Source of the DNA: Nitrospirota bacterium
Lineage (GTDB): Bacteria; Nitrospirota; Thermodesulfovibrionia; Thermodesulfovibrionales; JdFR-85
Direction of reading: 5' to 3'
Length of the DNA stretch: 64,000 nucleotides
Assembly: GCA_011051565.1 (NCBI GenBank)
Contig: DRKX01000080.1
Location: forward strand, 17,637 to 81,636
The position numbers and the translations under genes are program-made. Below are positions 62,246 to 64,000 of this stretch, piece after piece. Position 1 is the first letter of the stretch, and every line of letters begins with the position of its first letter. The notes below the pieces were generated by a model. It was not told the DNA's origin. It was given only the letters and a program-made list of their open reading frames with translations, and made no database searches.

Positions 62246-63468
62246 AGACGATACTGCTTGCAGACATGGACGCCTTCTTCGCCTCCGTCGAGCAGCGGTG
62301 CAATCCTGCGCTGAGGGGAAAACCCATAGGCGTCACTGGTCCGGCTCACAGGAGCGTCATCACCACGGCATCGTACGAGGCGAGGAGGTTCGGCGTGAAG
62401 ACCGGAATGAGCATACGCGAGGCAAAGGCCCTCTGCCCCCAGCTCATTCTCGTCACCGGAGACAACGACAAGTACACCCACATATGTACGGCCCTGAAAG
62501 AGGTCTATCTCTCGTTCACCCCCGTTGTCGAGGTGTACTCGATCGACGAGGCCTTCCTCGACATAACAGGCTCGTCTCACCTCTTCGGAGGTCCGATCGA
62601 GACGGGCAGGCGCCTGAAGGCAGAGATACAGAGGCGCTTCGGCATCAGCGCCACCATCGGCATAGGACCTAACAGGCTGCTCGCAAAACTCGCATCAGAC
62701 ATCTCCAAGCCAGACGGACTGCGGCTGATAGAGGCCTCAGAGGCAGGCCCCCTGCTCAAAGACCTCCCACCGGAGAAGCTGTGGGGCATAGGCGCAAAGA
62801 CGGCCGAGAAGCTGAAGAGGCTGGGCATAAGGACGTGCGGAGAGCTCGCAAGTGCCCCTGCAGGGCTGCTGAGGAGCTGTTTCGGCGTCATGGGAGAGAG
62901 GCTCAGGGCCCTCGGCATGGGTGTGGACTCCACCCCACTTCATGCCGATCAAGAGGAGGAAGGCGGTCCGGGAGGAACAAAGTCCATAGGCCACAGCACG
63001 ACGCTGCCGCACGACCTGTTCAGGCGATCAGAGATGGCACACTGGATACTCCGTCTCTCCGAGAAGGTCGGTTCAAGAGCGAGGAGGCACGGACTCACAG
63101 GGAGGACGGTCACTCTCATCATGAGATACAGGAGCTTCGAGACCTTTGAAAGACGGAGGGGTCTCGGTGCCGCCACCAACGACACCCACACGATATTCCG
63201 CACGGCCATGGATATCCTCTCCAGCACAAGGCTGAAAGAACCCGTGCGCCTGCTGGGCGTAACCCTCTGCGGCATCGAGCAGGCAGACACACAGCTGGCG
63301 CTCTTCGGCGGAGAGGACAGGAGGGCCGGTCTGCTCAGGGTGATGGACATGCTGAACATGAAGTACGGGCCTTCAACCCTGACATGGGCCGCCTGTAAGG
63401 GGGAGTCCCCTCACAGGGGGATAATCTCACCGGCCTGGAGGCCGTCGGGAGCGCACAGGAGCCTGTAG
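62242..63468 (+). CDS. dinB: DNA polymerase IV (Y-family)
   Basis: It reads ILLADMDAFFASVEQ, YEARRFGV, SIDEAFLD and the overall DinB layout. Start trimmed to ATG 62242. Confidence 0.9.
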   Translation: MKTILLADMDAFFASVEQRCNPALRGKPIGVTGPAHRSVITTASYEARRFGVKTGMSIREAKALCPQLILVTGDNDKYTHICTALKEVYLSFTPVVEVYSIDEAFLDITGSSHLFGGPIETGRRLKAEIQRRFGISATIGIGPNRLLAKLASDISKPDGLRLIEASEAGPLLKDLPPEKLWGIGAKTAEKLKRLGIRTCGELASAPAGLLRSCFGVMGERLRALGMGVDSTPLHADQEEEGGPGGTKSIGHSTTLPHDLFRRSEMAHWILRLSEKVGSRARRHGLTGRTVTLIMRYRSFETFERRRGLGAATNDTHTIFRTAMDILSSTRLKEPVRLLGVTLCGIEQADTQLALFGGEDRRAGLLRVMDMLNMKYGPSTLTWAACKGESPHRGIISPAWRPSGAHRSL

Positions 63469-63542
63469 TCATGTAAGCCGTTGACCATGAAGACTAACAG
63501 GAGTTTGAACCGTCATCCTGCGGTCTTGCGGATAACAGCCAT

Positions 63543-64000
63543 CTATCCCTCGAGTATATCGAGGGCCTTCTCATGGAGGGCCCGGTTGCCGGAGACGAGC
63601 AGAGGGATGGACTTCTCTATGGAGAGTTCCACGCCGTCTATATCGCCGCCGCCTGTATCGGTCACTACACCGCCGGCCTCCCTCACGATGAGCAGCCCCC
63701 CTGCAAAGTCGAAGCTCCTCGAGGGCGAGGGGTTCACGTATACACTCACCGCACCCGAGGCGACGAACGTGAGGTCGAGTGCTGTGGAGCCGAAGCACCT
63801 CGTCCTGTCCGACACCGAGAGAAGCGGCAGGATCCTCGGGATGTCGATCCCGGGCGTCTGGGTCTCGTAGATAACCACCCTGATCTCATCATCCCCCTGT
63901 GTTTCCAGCCTCCGGCCGTTCCAGTAGGCCCCCCTCCCCTTCTCGGCCCAGAACTCGTCACCGCTCAGGAGATTGACTATATAGGAGAGGTATATGTCCT
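63543..64000 (-). CDS. Inositol monophosphatase/FBPase-family protein (N-terminus outside window)
   Basis: The frame is open to the window edge. It reads GDEFWAEKGRGAYWNGRRL...GSTALDLTFVASG...FDFAGGLLIVREAGG, typical of the IMPase family. Confidence 0.8.
   Translation of the reverse strand, partial: DIYLSYIVNLLSGDEFWAEKGRGAYWNGRRLETQGDDEIRVVIYETQTPGIDIPRILPLLSVSDRTRCFGSTALDLTFVASGAVSVYVNPSPSRSFDFAGGLLIVREAGGVVTDTGGGDIDGVELSIEKSIPLLVSGNRALHEKALDILEG

Overview
This is a high-GC (roughly 60%) bacterial chromosomal window that is densely coding on both strands. I call about 58 protein genes and 2 tRNAs, plus several near-consensus sigma70 promoters, a near-perfect Fur box and a candidate LexA operator. 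I saw no rRNA, CRISPR array, transposase or integrase. Housekeeping genes include radA (5' truncated), hisH, folK, mnmA, aspS, rsmA, rtcB, hflKC, rpsU, HU, ihfA, lexA-dinB, a class A PBP, a DEAD-box helicase and an RND efflux operon. These are interspersed with signalling and accessory modules. The gene orders ihfA-merR-tRNA-Pro and lexA-dinB, together with E. coli-like promoter and Fur motifs, fit a deltaproteobacteria-like anaerobe, but taxonomy cannot be established from this window. The most interesting candidates follow. (1) A minus-strand cluster at 15784->9245 encodes a CHASE2 class III cyclase, a secreted FecR/TPR/beta-barrel fusion, a 71-aa Trp/Cys-rich peptide and a 10-Cys two-CW protein. 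It lies divergent from a Crp-family regulator and could be a trans-envelope cNMP signalling system. (2) A Fur-box-controlled operon encodes a porin-like protein, an exported FMN_bind protein and a His/Met-rich membrane protein. (3) A translationally coupled pair combines a YdjI-like SPFH/zinc-ribbon protein with an internally duplicated zinc-ribbon protein. (4) A 593-aa protein carries an HPr-kinase-like P-loop domain behind a large unknown N-terminal region. (5) A TatD-radical SAM fusion is present. (6) A LigD-type 3'-phosphoesterase lies divergent from archease-rtcB. (7) A lexA-orf-dinB operon has a 24-bp perfect palindrome and a probably leaderless lexA. All functional calls come from motif and family recognition by eye; no database search was run.
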